Assembly: GCF_006345805.1 (NCBI RefSeq)
Contig: NC_042998.1
Coordinates: 126,232,001-126,296,000, forward strand
Direction: 5' to 3'
Origin: Octopus sinensis
Lineage: Eukaryota
Length of the DNA: 64,000 nucleotides
The notes under the pieces were generated by a model. That model was given only the letters and a program-made list of their open reading frames with translations. It did not search any database and had not been told where the DNA came from. A program made the position numbers and the translations under genes. Below, one piece after another: positions 63,656 to 64,000 of this stretch (position 1 is the stretch's first letter; every line of letters starts with the position of its first letter).

Positions 63656-64000
63656 TCCATATTAGTTAAAGTTAAATTACTTTTATTTTATTTCTTCATA
63701 GTGTAATATACTTCTTAGCACTTTATAATATACAATACTATCAAGAAATAAAACAGAATTAATTATAAAAGCATATATATTTTTTAAATAGCTATCATGA
63801 CTCTTTCACATAGTAACTCTGTATGTGTGTATATGTTGAATATATTTGTATACATGCATACAATAAAGTGTTTACCTAGAAAAATTGCTTGCTGCACTCC
63901 TGCAAGTTGCAATCAAATTTCCAATTCTTATCAACCATACCATTTCTCTCCTTAAAACACTAATTATGCCACAAGTTACACATAGCACTTCATTATGAGG

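Overview
This is AT-rich eukaryotic (animal) genomic DNA with dense microsatellites. The SINE families with (GAT)n tails and the RTE LINEs look like octopus or another coleoid cephalopod; this is from my recall of the repeat families, with no database search. Two convergent, intron-rich genes are cut by the window edges. ETF1/eRF1 is on the + strand (7 coding exons, 549-13665, starting at the GGQ exon). CCDC149 is on the - strand (10 coding exons, 62542 down to the stop at 27446). All introns are GT-AG and the reading phases join consistently. Introns and the intergenic gap are filled with decayed RTE and I/Jockey-group LINEs, modular tRNA-derived SINEs, an internally deleted piggyBac, piggyBac and mariner MITEs, a Helitron relic and Penelope-like relics. 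The least-explained structures are: (1) a ~1.1-kb near-perfect palindrome (31658-32766) in a CCDC149 intron; (2) a ~200-bp palindrome carrying half of a hammerhead ribozyme core next to Penelope-like relics; (3) tandem arrays of the stem-loop motif of a LINE/SINE 3' tail (13 x 24 bp and 5 x 25 bp); (4) a duplicated H/ACA-like motif in an ETF1 intron; (5) open frames and a hairpin just past the eRF1 stop codon. I found no rRNA, true tRNA gene, CRISPR array or prokaryotic system. Repeat boundaries are approximate unless a TSD or TIR is quoted.
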